From: a virus
Lineage: Duplodnaviria > Caudoviricetes
DNA length: 64,000 nucleotides
IMG/VR virus record: IMGVR_UViG_3300048549_001527
Strand: one strand, 5' to 3'
The translations under genes and the position numbers were made by a program. Positions within the stretch are counted from its first letter, which is position 1. Each line of letters opens with the position of its first letter. Below the pieces are notes generated by a model. It was not told where the DNA came from and made no database searches. It saw nothing but the letters and a program-made list of their open reading frames with translations. Below, one piece after another: positions 37,078 through 46,629 of the stretch.

Positions 37078-37514
37078 TAGTATTCTCCAGCTTGAAATTT
37101 CATAATGTCAATTATATTTTTGATAATGAAATTGCGGCTATGTATTGTCTTAACGATATCTTCCAGGTAGTTTGCTCGTACCGAATGATAATCTATTTTA
37201 AGACTTAAGTTTATAACATCTTTATCGCTCTGAATATATTTATCCATATCTTGGCGAATAACTTTTTTCTGAAATGGTCGCCATCCGCGGTCATGTAGAT
37301 CTTCTTCTGCCATGGATCCATCAATCCATTCGCGCTTTGCCATTTCAAGTTCTTTATAGTCATATCGAAGCTTTTTAACTTTTAGCGCTTCCTTATAATA
37401 TAAATTATAATACTTACTATGCAATTCAGGAATTCGTTTTGATTCACCCATAAGGTTCGTTTCGTCAATCTTAGAATCTTTTGACCACAGCTCGCTGATA
37501 TCATCAGTGCTCAT
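37077..37514 (-). CDS. uvsY: Recombination mediator UvsY
   Basis: W.KDSKID...L..ES..IP.LHSKY and R.F.IKN.I motifs. Confidence 0.9.
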   Translation of the reverse strand: MSTDDISELWSKDSKIDETNLMGESKRIPELHSKYYNLYYKEALKVKKLRYDYKELEMAKREWIDGSMAEEDLHDRGWRPFQKKVIRQDMDKYIQSDKDVINLSLKIDYHSVRANYLEDIVKTIHSRNFIIKNIIDIMKFQAGEY

Positions 37515-37540
37515 ACTATACTCCTCTAGCTTATACTGCT

Positions 37541-37569
37541 ATTCTACACTAGAATCAGTGGAATGTCAA
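37541..37569 (-). promoter_or_regulatory. sigma70-type promoter with GANTC in the spacer
   Basis: TTGACA-ttccacTGATTCTagtg-TAGAAT. Confidence 0.75.
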
Positions 37570-37572
37570 CAA

Positions 37573-38064
37573 TTATAATTGAGTGATTGTGAAACCGTTA
37601 TGGCGGAATGTTACGGTTACTTCAGGGTTTACAATATCGCCAGGTGTAATATCTAAACTGATTGGAGAGATAGTAAGTGGGAAAGCATCTTTAAACCTAA
37701 ACTCAATATTTGGGTTCTTGTGGCTATTCGTCATGATAATTACAATATCTGACTTCAATCCATCTCTTGATTTCTTTAAGCGATCGAACTGCGCCAAATT
37801 TTCAGGAGTTGCAAGACCTTCCATCCAATTTAAAATTTCTATATAATTATCAAGGTTTTCATTGAGGATAAAACTCAAGTCAAGTTCAGCATATTCAAGA
37901 TGGTCAGGAACTTGATAGATATTTTTCAATGGGTTAGGAGTTGTAACCGCGGACATCGAAATCGAAGGCAAGATAGCCCGTTGTGTTGTAAATACTACAT
38001 TTGGTATTCTTTCAATAGACACCAAAAAGGATGTTGGATTCAAATAATTTGTCTGCATGTTCAT
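37573..38064 (-). CDS. 3: Tail completion/sheath stabilizer gp3-like (tail-tube fold)
   Basis: YLNPTSF, LPSISM, L.Y..L...FI.NE...NY.EI.NW, F.DAFP; synteny next to uvsY. Confidence 0.7.
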   Translation of the reverse strand: MNMQTNYLNPTSFLVSIERIPNVVFTTQRAILPSISMSAVTTPNPLKNIYQVPDHLEYAELDLSFILNENLDNYIEILNWMEGLATPENLAQFDRLKKSRDGLKSDIVIIMTNSHKNPNIEFRFKDAFPLTISPISLDITPGDIVNPEVTVTFRHNGFTITQL

Positions 38065-38071
38065 TTTCCTA

Positions 38072-38100
38072 TTTACATTCTGTCCCGAATCAGTTAGTAT
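38072..38100 (+). promoter_or_regulatory. sigma70-type promoter with GAATCAG
   Basis: TTTACA-ttctgtcccGAATCAGt-TAGTAT. Confidence 0.65.
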
Positions 38101-38239
38101 AGATATTTATAATAAATAGAGTAACCGGTAACAGAAACAAGGATCTGTATGGACAACGACGACATTCCGCATAAATGGGATGATCCGTGCGATGATTGTA
38201 CTCATTGGTTTTGAGTATACTATATAAAATGGAGTAAAT

Positions 38240-40069
38240 ATGTCTGAACAATTTAAAATCTTAACAGCTCGTCAACACGTTCGTGAACGCATTGGTATGT
38301 ACATGGGATCAAGCGCCCGTGAACCAATTGAACGTTTTATGATGGGCCAATGGGATAGAGTTGAATACGTACCAGCTTTATCAAAAATGATTGATGAAAT
38401 CTTAGATAACTCAATAGATGAAGCAATTCGCACTAATTTCAAATATGCAAATAAAATTGACGTGTCTATTAAAATGGACAACTCAATCACCGTAACAGAT
38501 AACGGACGTGGTATACCACATGAATTGGTTTATGATGAAACTACAGGAAGTAAAATATCTCAAGCGACAGCAGCATGGACGCGTGTCAACGCAGGTACAT
38601 CTTTTGACGATGAGCGAGTAACCATCGGAACGAACGGCGTAGGATCTGCGGCGACTAATTTCTTGTCTGCAAAATTTACAGGCAAAACATGGAGAGATGG
38701 TAAATGTCAAATCGTTCAGTGTACTAACGGTGCCGAGTCAATCAAAGAAAAAGTATCAGACAAAGCAGGTAACGGAACTGAAGTTTCATTCATTCCTGAT
38801 TTTGAATTATTTGAGTGTAATAGCCTAAATGAATACGATACGATTTCTTTAGTTGAAGATCGTCTTATCAGTTTGCAAATGGCCTTTCCTGAAATTACAT
38901 TTTCGTTTAATAAGAAACGGATTAAAGTTAACGATCTTAAAAAATATTCTAAAATGTTTGTAGGTGACCAACCAGCAATTATTGAAAAGTCTGATAACTT
39001 ATCATTTTTTATTGCGCATTCGTCAGATGGCTTTCGTTCAAATAGTTTTGTAAACGGTGTTAATACTCGCCAAGGCGGAACATATGTCGATTTTGTAATG
39101 AATAGCATTGTTGAAGAATTGTGCGTTATGATTAAACGTAAACATAAGATTGAAATTAATCGTAATCATTGTAAAGGTAATCTTACGTTTATTATGTTTG
39201 CTCGTAATTTTACTAATCCAAAATTTGACAGCCAAACTAAAGAGCGTCTAACAAACCCAACTGGAAATGTTAAAGAACACGCAACTGAAGCTGGTATTAA
39301 GGATGCTGTATTCTTTGCTCGCAAAATTTTAAATACTCCTGAGCTTATTGATCCTATTATCGAAGCGCAACTTGCGAGAAAGATTGCAGCTGATAAACGT
39401 GCAGCTACGCTTGCTCAAAAAGGCCTACGCCGCGTTAAGGTTGCAAAACATATTGCTGCCAACAAATCAAACGCAACTCTAAAGATCGTCGAAGGTGACT
39501 CAGCTATGGGTTTCTTACTTAAGGTTCGCGATGCTAATAAGGTTGGAGCATATCCACTTCGAGGCGTCATTATGAATACGTGGGATATGAAACCTGCTGA
39601 TGTATTGAAGAATAAAGAACTCTCCGAGCTCGTTGCGGTTTTAGGACTTGATATTACTAATCCTAATAGCGTTGACAATATGACATATGAAAGCGTTGCA
39701 ACTCTAACTGATGCTGACCATGATGGTATTGGTCATATTAGTCCATTGCTGATTGCATTCTTTTTCAAATTCTGGCCACGCCTATTAACCGAAAAACGTG
39801 TAAAGATTACTCGTACACCTATGATGATTTCAACGTTCAAAGATAAGGTTATTTGGTTTTACGATTACGATAGCGCAAACGATCATAAACAAAAAAATCC
39901 AAATTGGAAACACCGTTACATTAAGGGCCTCGGTTCATTAACTGAAAACGAATATGATAGTATTATTAACGATCCACAATATGATACTGTTACGGTCGAT
40001 GATGCAAGTATTTTTCAAATGATGTTTGGTAAAGACTCAGCATTACGTAAGGAGTATATGTTTGCATGA
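38240..40069 (+). CDS. 39: Type II DNA topoisomerase large subunit (gp39+gp60 fused)
   Basis: EILDNSIDE, DNGRGIP, GTNGVG, VEGDSA, TDADHDG, YIKGLGS. Confidence 0.95.
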   Translation: MSEQFKILTARQHVRERIGMYMGSSAREPIERFMMGQWDRVEYVPALSKMIDEILDNSIDEAIRTNFKYANKIDVSIKMDNSITVTDNGRGIPHELVYDETTGSKISQATAAWTRVNAGTSFDDERVTIGTNGVGSAATNFLSAKFTGKTWRDGKCQIVQCTNGAESIKEKVSDKAGNGTEVSFIPDFELFECNSLNEYDTISLVEDRLISLQMAFPEITFSFNKKRIKVNDLKKYSKMFVGDQPAIIEKSDNLSFFIAHSSDGFRSNSFVNGVNTRQGGTYVDFVMNSIVEELCVMIKRKHKIEINRNHCKGNLTFIMFARNFTNPKFDSQTKERLTNPTGNVKEHATEAGIKDAVFFARKILNTPELIDPIIEAQLARKIAADKRAATLAQKGLRRVKVAKHIAANKSNATLKIVEGDSAMGFLLKVRDANKVGAYPLRGVIMNTWDMKPADVLKNKELSELVAVLGLDITNPNSVDNMTYESVATLTDADHDGIGHISPLLIAFFFKFWPRLLTEKRVKITRTPMMISTFKDKVIWFYDYDSANDHKQKNPNWKHRYIKGLGSLTENEYDSIINDPQYDTVTVDDASIFQMMFGKDSALRKEYMFA

Positions 40070-40221
40070 TAGAATGGTATGATATACTAGCTGCAACCTT
40101 TTGTGCGTGGCTAATACTAAACTTTTTCTTCTTTCCATTTATCGGTCCCATTATATCATACAGTTTGTGGGAAGCTTGGAAAGTGTATTGCAATTATCGG
40201 TTGACATCTACACTCAAATAG
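40066..40221 (+). CDS. 51-aa membrane protein (not in ORF track)
   Basis: ATGA overlap; MIEWYDILAATFCAWLILNFFFFPFIGPIISYSLWEAW... Confidence 0.5.
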   Translation: MIEWYDILAATFCAWLILNFFFFPFIGPIISYSLWEAWKVYCNYRLTSTLK

Positions 40222-40253
40222 TGTAGAATATATAGAATCACAAAGGAAATATA

Positions 40254-41603
40254 ATGAGTATACTTGATTTTGCAAAAGCAGAAAAAGAATATCCAATTTC
40301 ATCTGTTGCGAAAAACGAATGGCTTTCGTTTGCTATGTACACAGTTGAAAGTCGTGCTATTCCAAATATGATTGACGGATTGAAACCTGTTCAGCGTTTC
40401 TACTTATATTCATCAATCCTAAATTCTAAAAACGATTTCAAAAAGGTGTCTGCGGTTGCTGGTATTATATCAGACTACGGATACAACCACGGTGAAGCAA
40501 GCGCAGCTGGTGCCGGTCAACTTATGGCTGCAGAGTGGAACAATAATGTCTGCTTAGTTGAAGGACGAGGATCGTTTGGTACTCGGTTAGTTCAAGAGCC
40601 TGGTGCAGCTCGTTATGTTTACACTCGTTTACACCAAAACTTCAAAAAGTATATTCGTGATTTAGATCTATCTCCACAACATAGCGATCCTGAACACGAA
40701 CCTCCTTCGTTTTATATTCCAGTTATTCCACTCGTGTTGACTAATGGAACTAAAGGTATCGCAACTGGTTTTGCTACAAACATATTACCTCGAAGCGCTG
40801 ATGCACTTTCTCGTGCCTGTCGCGAATATGTGACGTATGGTAATATATCCAAAAGGCTTCCAGTGTCCTTTCCGGACTTCAAAGGTACCGTAAACTATGA
40901 CAAAACTGATGATAAATACACAGTTCTTGGTTGTTTTGAAAAGAAGAGTAAAACAGTATTAGAAATAACTGAAGTACCATATGGCTTTGACAGAGAAGGC
41001 TATGTTAAGGTACTTGACAAGTTAGAGGAAGACGGAGATATCGTTTCTTATGAAGATCTTTGCGATAAATCTGGTTTTAAATTTGAAGTTAAACTAAAAC
41101 AGAACAGCTCATCAACGTGGACTAACGTAAAAATTATTTCAAAATTTAAGCTATCAAAGCCATTAACTGAAAACTTAACAGTAATTGGATTTGACGGAAA
41201 GCTGCGTGAATATAAAGACGAACGGCAACTCATCAAAGACTTTTGTGAATTTCGTATGGGTGTTCTTCAGCAGCGTATTGATTTGCGCAAGAAAGAAGCT
41301 GAAGAAGAAATGCGTTGGCTGAACGTTAAAATGCAATTCATTCAAGCAGTACTTGACAATCGTATTGAGTTTAAAAATCAAAAGAAAGCTGACGTAGCTG
41401 AGCAGATTTATAAACAAACAGATGCAGTACGCAACCTTGACGATGTTGACCGTTGTCTCCGTATTAATATACTAAGTCTTACGCAAGAAATGGTAAAAGC
41501 ATTAGAAAAAGAAATCAAAGAGGCTGAAAAGGATCTTAAGTTTTGGTCCAAGACAACACCAGCAAAACAATTCACAACAGATCTTGACGAGTTGGATTCA
41601 TAA
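40254..41603 (+). CDS. 52: Type II DNA topoisomerase medium subunit gp52
   Basis: RAIP..IDGLKPVQR, YNHGE, AARY (catalytic Tyr), GIATG. Confidence 0.95.
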   Translation: MSILDFAKAEKEYPISSVAKNEWLSFAMYTVESRAIPNMIDGLKPVQRFYLYSSILNSKNDFKKVSAVAGIISDYGYNHGEASAAGAGQLMAAEWNNNVCLVEGRGSFGTRLVQEPGAARYVYTRLHQNFKKYIRDLDLSPQHSDPEHEPPSFYIPVIPLVLTNGTKGIATGFATNILPRSADALSRACREYVTYGNISKRLPVSFPDFKGTVNYDKTDDKYTVLGCFEKKSKTVLEITEVPYGFDREGYVKVLDKLEEDGDIVSYEDLCDKSGFKFEVKLKQNSSSTWTNVKIISKFKLSKPLTENLTVIGFDGKLREYKDERQLIKDFCEFRMGVLQQRIDLRKKEAEEEMRWLNVKMQFIQAVLDNRIEFKNQKKADVAEQIYKQTDAVRNLDDVDRCLRINILSLTQEMVKALEKEIKEAEKDLKFWSKTTPAKQFTTDLDELDS

Positions 41604-42013
41604 TGTACTATGTTAGCTATGGAAAACCAAGATGGATATCTAATGAACTTATGGATAAGGCTGTATTGTTTGCATCTGACTTTCTTGAAATAGATGAGTC
41701 AGTTGAAATAGATTTTGGTGGCGAGTTTGATAACGAATGCGCTGGATATTGTGACTATGATGAAGAAGATGGTATAACATTATTTGTTAATCCAAAACTT
41801 AAAAAGAAAATGGTAATCACAACACTCTTTCACGAGTTTGTCCATGCAAAGCAATACATAAATGGTGAGCTTGAAATAGGTGAAGGCAAAGCGCCATCGC
41901 GTTGGAATGGCGAACCATTTGACGGAGATTACTATTCTTTACCGTGGGAAAAAGAAGCATACGAATTAGAAACAGTAATGTCAGACATATTTTTTAATGA
42001 AGTATTTAAATAA
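41603..42013 (+). CDS. Small HExxH metallopeptidase-like protein
   Basis: TTLFHEFVHAKQY and PWEKEA motifs. Confidence 0.65.
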   Translation: MYYVSYGKPRWISNELMDKAVLFASDFLEIDESVEIDFGGEFDNECAGYCDYDEEDGITLFVNPKLKKKMVITTLFHEFVHAKQYINGELEIGEGKAPSRWNGEPFDGDYYSLPWEKEAYELETVMSDIFFNEVFK

Positions 42014-42016
42014 CTA

Positions 42017-42045
42017 TTGACATTCTATCGCGAATCAGATAGTAT
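42017..42045 (+). promoter_or_regulatory. sigma70-type early promoter with GAATCAG
   Basis: TTGACA-ttctatcgcGAATCAGa-TAGTAT. Confidence 0.75.
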
Positions 42046-42071
42046 AGTTCTATAAATGGAAGGAACTATAC

Positions 42072-42245
42072 ATGATTGAACTTATTGTAATTGCCGAACG
42101 TCTTCGTAGTTTATCTCGCCGCGCTGATAACTTTGGTAAATCGCGGCAGGAACTCCTCGAAGAAATTATTATGATTGCTGAAGATTATGAAGATCGCGCC
42201 GAGCGTCTTGAAATGGCTCAAATTGTTGAGGCTCAAGCAGTATGA
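42072..42245 (+). CDS. 57-aa hypothetical protein (not in ORF track)
   Basis: SD aaggaa; MIELIVIAERLRSLSRRADNFGK... Confidence 0.55.
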   Translation: MIELIVIAERLRSLSRRADNFGKSRQELLEEIIMIAEDYEDRAERLEMAQIVEAQAV

Positions 42246-42448
42246 TATTTTCTACTTCATTGGTAAACACTAAAAACCATTGGGCTGTTGGTACAGAATG
42301 GCAATATGCTAAAGGTACAGTAAAAATGCATAACGAAGGTTTTAGTTGCTCATGCAAAAAGAAACCACGTAAAGCGTGTAGTCATATTCGTAACGTAAAG
42401 CTACGGCTGCATGGAACTTTTGATGAATATTATAAGGAGGCTGCGTGA
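42242..42448 (+). CDS. SWIM-type zinc finger protein
   Basis: FSCSC...ACSHI motif. Confidence 0.6.
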   Translation: MIFSTSLVNTKNHWAVGTEWQYAKGTVKMHNEGFSCSCKKKPRKACSHIRNVKLRLHGTFDEYYKEAA

Positions 42449-42536
42449 TGGGAGCTTTTATTGGATGCAGTGTTTTCTTTATTACATTGGTAGCTGTTAC
42501 AGCTGTATACGAAACATTTTTTTAAAGGAGAAATAA

Positions 42537-43031
42537 ATGCCTAACTGGTGTATGAACGATGTTCTTATTAGTGGACCTAAAGAAAAGATTACTGATCTGT
42601 ATAATAAAATAATGGATACAGGTGGTCTTTTAGAAGTTATGTCACCTCAAGGAGAATGGGATTATAGTAATGCAGTTGATAAGTGGGGTACCAAGTGGGA
42701 TGTAGATCCTGAAAATCTTGAAATTGAATTTGAGAAAGAAGAAGGCTCAATTTCAGGTACTGTGGACAGCGCATGGAGTCCTCCTGTAGAAGCATTTAAA
42801 ACCTTTTTGAATAATAACCCAGAATGTGTTGCTGAGCTTAGATATTACGAATCAGGTATGGAATTCATTGGAATATTTGCTGATGGCAAAAATGAATATT
42901 TTGAATATGATTCAAACGATATTAATTCGTTAGACTCGATTCCTAAAGATCTTGTAGAACACTTTAATCTTGAAGAAGAACTACAAATGAACTTTGATGA
43001 AAGTGAAGAAATTTGGGAAGATGAATATTAA
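42537..43031 (+). CDS. DUF1281/YubB-like ferredoxin-fold protein
   Basis: MPNWC.N, WGTKWD, SAWSPP and YYESG motifs. Confidence 0.7.
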   Translation: MPNWCMNDVLISGPKEKITDLYNKIMDTGGLLEVMSPQGEWDYSNAVDKWGTKWDVDPENLEIEFEKEEGSISGTVDSAWSPPVEAFKTFLNNNPECVAELRYYESGMEFIGIFADGKNEYFEYDSNDINSLDSIPKDLVEHFNLEEELQMNFDESEEIWEDEY

Positions 43032-43407
43032 AGTAGATAATTTAGATGATTCTTTAACAAAAGACTTTGTTAATTTTTGTTGTAAAGAGCTTAATATAAA
43101 ACCTCATAGCATTGAAGTTGTTGGCGCTGCGTATTTAGCAGGTAAAGACAGAACAGGAATGTGTATAGATCTTGACGAACAAAGCTATATAATAATGACT
43201 GCAGTTAAAGATCGTACTCTTACTGAAATATATACTACTGTTGCACATGAAATAGTTCACATCAAACAATACATGGAAAATAATCTCGGTAAATTACTCG
43301 ACAGCAACAAACCAAAATACGAAGATCGTTGGTGGGAAAAGGAAGCAAGAGAAAAAAGTTTGGTTTTTGTGAAAAAATTTGTTGACATTCTTGATAGAAT
43401 CAGATAG
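42994..43407 (+). CDS. Small HExxH metallopeptidase-like protein (paralog of 41603-42013)
   Basis: TVAHEIVHIKQY and WWEKEA; true start probably 43021. Confidence 0.6.
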   Translation: MMKVKKFGKMNIKVDNLDDSLTKDFVNFCCKELNIKPHSIEVVGAAYLAGKDRTGMCIDLDEQSYIIMTAVKDRTLTEIYTTVAHEIVHIKQYMENNLGKLLDSNKPKYEDRWWEKEAREKSLVFVKKFVDILDRIR

Positions 43408-43410
43408 ATT
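43382..43410 (+). promoter_or_regulatory. sigma70-type early promoter with GAATCAG
   Basis: TTGACA-ttcttgataGAATCAGa-TAGATT. Confidence 0.75.
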
Positions 43411-43440
43411 ATATATATCAAATGGAAAAAAGGAATCACC

Positions 43441-43665
43441 ATGAACATTACATTTTTTGAACAAACTCCTCAGCAACGTGTAATTGCTAACTTTGGCCGT
43501 AAAATGATGTGGTTTTCAGAAAGCGGAGAAAATATGAATGTGCCTTTGGCAATTCTAAACGCGTTTTCAGATGTAGGAGAGCATCTTGCAGAGACAGCTT
43601 CAACTAAAGGTTTAAACGACGCTCAGCTCTTAACTATTAAATATGCTAAAAAGGTTATGAAATAA
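43441..43665 (+). CDS. Early hypothetical protein
   Basis: 74 aa, SD aaggaa. Confidence 0.6.
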   Translation: MNITFFEQTPQQRVIANFGRKMMWFSESGENMNVPLAILNAFSDVGEHLAETASTKGLNDAQLLTIKYAKKVMK

Positions 43666-43904
43666 TGTTTAAGTTTGGTAAAGATTTAGATCTCGAAGAA
43701 GAGTTTAAAGAATTTAAAGTTATTGATTGGATGTTTGACACTTTTGATGCGCAAGAGCGTGAAGAAATACAAGACATGTCACGCCAGATCGCGATGAATA
43801 AATATCTGTCTGAGTACAATTCAGATATAGATATCAGCTTTGAGTGTGATGGTTCGTCAGAGCCGTTTGATGAATGGGATTTTAGTAGTGAATATGTTGA
43901 TTGA
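43665..43904 (+). CDS. Acidic hypothetical protein
   Basis: 79 aa, translationally coupled. Confidence 0.55.
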   Translation: MFKFGKDLDLEEEFKEFKVIDWMFDTFDAQEREEIQDMSRQIAMNKYLSEYNSDIDISFECDGSSEPFDEWDFSSEYVD

Positions 43905-44008
43905 AATAATTCTTCCTAACATTGTTTTTTGGTGTGTATACGGCTGGGTTTGTTATTTACCCTACAAAATCTTTCAAAACGCAATAGACAACCATAAAGG
44001 ATATAACA

Positions 44009-44479
44009 ATGTCTAAGTTCATTATTACAGCAAGCCTATTGTTGGCTGCAACAACTGCAACCGCAGACGCAAAAACAAAAATGGTTGGTGTACAAGATTA
44101 TTACGCAACTCAAGTTATTTCTGAACCTTACTCTGTCAAGGAATGTTATACTGTAGAGACCCCGATTTATGGCAGACAGCAAGGCGGTGACGCTGGTGCT
44201 GGCGCTTTAGGCGGTATGATCCTCGGTGGCATCCTCGGCAAAGGCCTGACCGGTGATGACGGAGGCGCAGCTGCAGGAGCTGTCCTTGGCGGTATTATTG
44301 GCGCAAATGAAGCGCAAAATAGTACTAAGCGAGTCATCACCGGTTACAGGCAAGAACGTAAGTGCGATAAGGTAACAAGATACCGCGATAAAACGCGTCG
44401 TGTTTATGACTATTCAGTTGTCACCTTCAAACAAAATGGTAGAACATACGAGCTACAATTTATTGATGTAACAAAGTGA
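44009..44479 (+). CDS. Glycine-zipper 2TM secreted/envelope protein (YcfJ-like)
   Basis: Signal peptide; GALGGMILGGILG...GAAAGAVLGGIIG; C...T...E...Y.V tail. Confidence 0.75.
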   Translation: MSKFIITASLLLAATTATADAKTKMVGVQDYYATQVISEPYSVKECYTVETPIYGRQQGGDAGAGALGGMILGGILGKGLTGDDGGAAAGAVLGGIIGANEAQNSTKRVITGYRQERKCDKVTRYRDKTRRVYDYSVVTFKQNGRTYELQFIDVTK

Positions 44480-44481
44480 TA

Positions 44482-44559
44482 GGTCTCTTAGCTCAGCCGG
44501 ATTAGAGCAAGTGCCTTCTAAGCACTAGGTCGTAGGTTCGAGTCCTACAGAGATCACCA
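44482..44559 (+). tRNA. tRNA-Arg(UCU)
   Basis: Cloverleaf; anticodon arm agtgc-cttctaa-gcact; TTCGAGT T-loop; encoded CCA. Confidence 0.95.
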
Positions 44560-44561
44560 AT

Positions 44562-44646
44562 ACTCGCATGTTGGAATTGGTAGACAATGAAGACTTAAAA
44601 TCTTTTGCCTTAGGGCGTACCGGTTCGAGTCCGGTTGCGAGTACCA
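44562..44646 (+). tRNA. tRNA-Leu(UAA)
   Basis: Acceptor actcgca/tgcgagt; anticodon loop cttaaaa; long variable arm; encoded CCA. Confidence 0.95.
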
Positions 44647-44664
44647 AATAGAAAGAATGATTAA

Positions 44665-44853
44665 ATGTGGGCCCTTGTCTTTATATACTTTTACGATACT
44701 ATACCTTATGCCGAATTGGTAACAACTCATTCTACGATGACAGAATGTTTTTACGCCCGTGAAGCTCTTAGTGATGATGTAGGAAAGGGTGGAGGTTATT
44801 TCAAACTAGGGCAACAGGCTTTATGTATTAATTTAAATGAAAGATCAATATAA
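44665..44853 (+). CDS. Hypothetical protein
   Basis: 62 aa; hydrophobic N-terminus; two Cys. Confidence 0.5.
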   Translation: MWALVFIYFYDTIPYAELVTTHSTMTECFYAREALSDDVGKGGGYFKLGQQALCINLNERSI

Positions 44854-45143
44854 TGTATAAAACAAATGATATTGTTACAGTACTAACAACCAACGGTGAA
44901 TATGTTGGAAAATTAGTATCACAAGATAACGATAAGGTGGAACTTAAAGATCCTAGGTTTGTGTCTATTAGTGACCAAGGAATGGGATTTGCAAATGGTA
45001 TTTCTATGACAGGCCACGCAAATCCAAAAGAAGTTACTCTCTATAATATTTCATGTATTATGGAAACAAACGAACAAGTACAAGATGCGTATCGTCAAAT
45101 GACAAGTGGACTTGTAACGCCAAAAACAAATCTAATTGTATAG
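44853..45143 (+). CDS. Sm/SH3-like conserved phage protein
   Basis: DIVTVLT.NGEYVGKL...VEL.DPR; AY..MTSGLV tail. Confidence 0.5.
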   Translation: MYKTNDIVTVLTTNGEYVGKLVSQDNDKVELKDPRFVSISDQGMGFANGISMTGHANPKEVTLYNISCIMETNEQVQDAYRQMTSGLVTPKTNLIV

Positions 45144-45357
45144 GAGAAAGAAAATGGAATTACGAGATCAAATGATAGCAGCTCTAAAAGACCACGCGCG
45201 CGCTCATATCGAAAAACATCGTATGAATGCAGAAATTTATTTGCGGAACCCAGTAGGAGTTGGCGAGCATTCAGAAGTTATGGAAGAAATTGAAAAGCAG
45301 CTTGAAGAAATGGCTAAGTATGAAGACCAATTGGACATGCTAACTAATTATTTCTAA
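45136..45357 (+). CDS. Conserved hypothetical protein
   Basis: H..N.EIYL.NPVGVGEHS motif recalled from marine myoviruses. Confidence 0.6.
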   Translation: MYRRKKMELRDQMIAALKDHARAHIEKHRMNAEIYLRNPVGVGEHSEVMEEIEKQLEEMAKYEDQLDMLTNYF

Positions 45358-46169
45358 TGGAGCCAAAACTAAAAGGATTTCCAAAGTGCTACGTTGTTAA
45401 CCTTGAAGAAAGTGTTGAACGTAGAGACTATATGAATTCCGAGTTTAATAGACTCGGTTTAGATGGAACCGTCCTACAATACAAAAGACTTGAAGACAGC
45501 GATTTAAAGATTGCTGGCGACCGTGACACCTTGGACATACTACCATTAGGTGCTACTACTTCTCATCTCCTGACCATTAAGTGGTGGTATGAAAATACTG
45601 ATGATGAACAAGCCGCATTCTTTGAAGACGACTGTGACTTTAGCACTATTCAACATTGGAACTTTGTTTATGAGGATTATGTTAAGGAGTTTGGCGTATT
45701 GTGGGATGGTCTCCAACTTTGCTGCATGCACGAAGGCTGGGCTGTTATGTATCCACGCCACCGCAACGGCCACGATCATGGACTTCAATGCTATGTAATT
45801 AAGCGCCATTATGCTAAAAAAATTATAGACTATTATTTTGTAAATGATAACACAATACATTTTAAAATGCCGTATGTATTAAAGAGTGAAGATAGTAAAA
45901 AGTATAAACCTACTATAGAAAATGTTGTATATGGATTAGGCACTTTCTATATTCACCCGTTATTTAATCATAACGTACCAAAATTTCCATCAACAGTTCA
46001 CGATCCAAATTCACAACATTTAAAAGATGTTGCTAATCACGCATATGGATATGTTAAACAGTGGTGGGAAACCAAAGGAGGAACTGGTAACCTTAATGAA
46101 TTATTTACTTATGAGTGGTGTTGTCCACCACCTCAAACATTTTCCCAAGTCATGCATATTGATAGGTAG
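45357..46169 (+). CDS. Glycosyltransferase family 25-like protein
   Basis: YVVNLEESVERR, SHLLTIKWW and FFEDD motifs. Confidence 0.7.
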   Translation: MEPKLKGFPKCYVVNLEESVERRDYMNSEFNRLGLDGTVLQYKRLEDSDLKIAGDRDTLDILPLGATTSHLLTIKWWYENTDDEQAAFFEDDCDFSTIQHWNFVYEDYVKEFGVLWDGLQLCCMHEGWAVMYPRHRNGHDHGLQCYVIKRHYAKKIIDYYFVNDNTIHFKMPYVLKSEDSKKYKPTIENVVYGLGTFYIHPLFNHNVPKFPSTVHDPNSQHLKDVANHAYGYVKQWWETKGGTGNLNELFTYEWCCPPPQTFSQVMHIDR

Positions 46170-46629
46170 TCTTGCAGGCTGTTCAATACTTTCTGAAGAA
46201 CACGATTTATCACACCCTGATTATATAAAATTAGGTGCTGAATACATAGGATATTCAGAAACAGAGCATCGCTCTGATTTGAGAAACTTTCTAAAAGTAG
46301 ATCCTGTCAACACAGAATGGTGCGCAGCGTATGTTAATGCTGTGCTTCGTGATTCTGATATCCCTGGTTCCGAAACAGTATCAGAAAATCCATATATGGC
46401 AAGAAGCTTTATGGATTTGGGATATAAAGTTAATACTCCAGAACACGGAGACATTGTTGTCTTAAAGCGAGGAGAGCCTTGGGAAGGTCATGTCGGTTTT
46501 TATCTTGACCTTAAGATTATAGGCGGAGATGTTTATTATCAAATTCTTGGCGGTAATCAAGATAACTCAGTGTCAATTCAATTATTTAGAGCTGACCGTG
46601 TTGTAGCAGTTAGAAGGTTAATACTATGA
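46111..46629 (+). CDS. TIGR02594-like NlpC/P60 cell-wall amidase with a lipobox
   Basis: WCAAYVN, ARSF, GDIVV..RG, GHVGFY, LGGNQ; SLAGC lipobox. Start uncertain. Confidence 0.75.
   Translation: MSGVVHHLKHFPKSCILIGSLAGCSILSEEHDLSHPDYIKLGAEYIGYSETEHRSDLRNFLKVDPVNTEWCAAYVNAVLRDSDIPGSETVSENPYMARSFMDLGYKVNTPEHGDIVVLKRGEPWEGHVGFYLDLKIIGGDVYYQILGGNQDNSVSIQLFRADRVVAVRRLIL

Noticed and set aside
27240-41603. Inteins, group I introns or homing endonucleases in 43, 46, 47, uvsW, 39 or 52
   Set aside because: All are uninterrupted and of ordinary length, with no splice-junction motifs.
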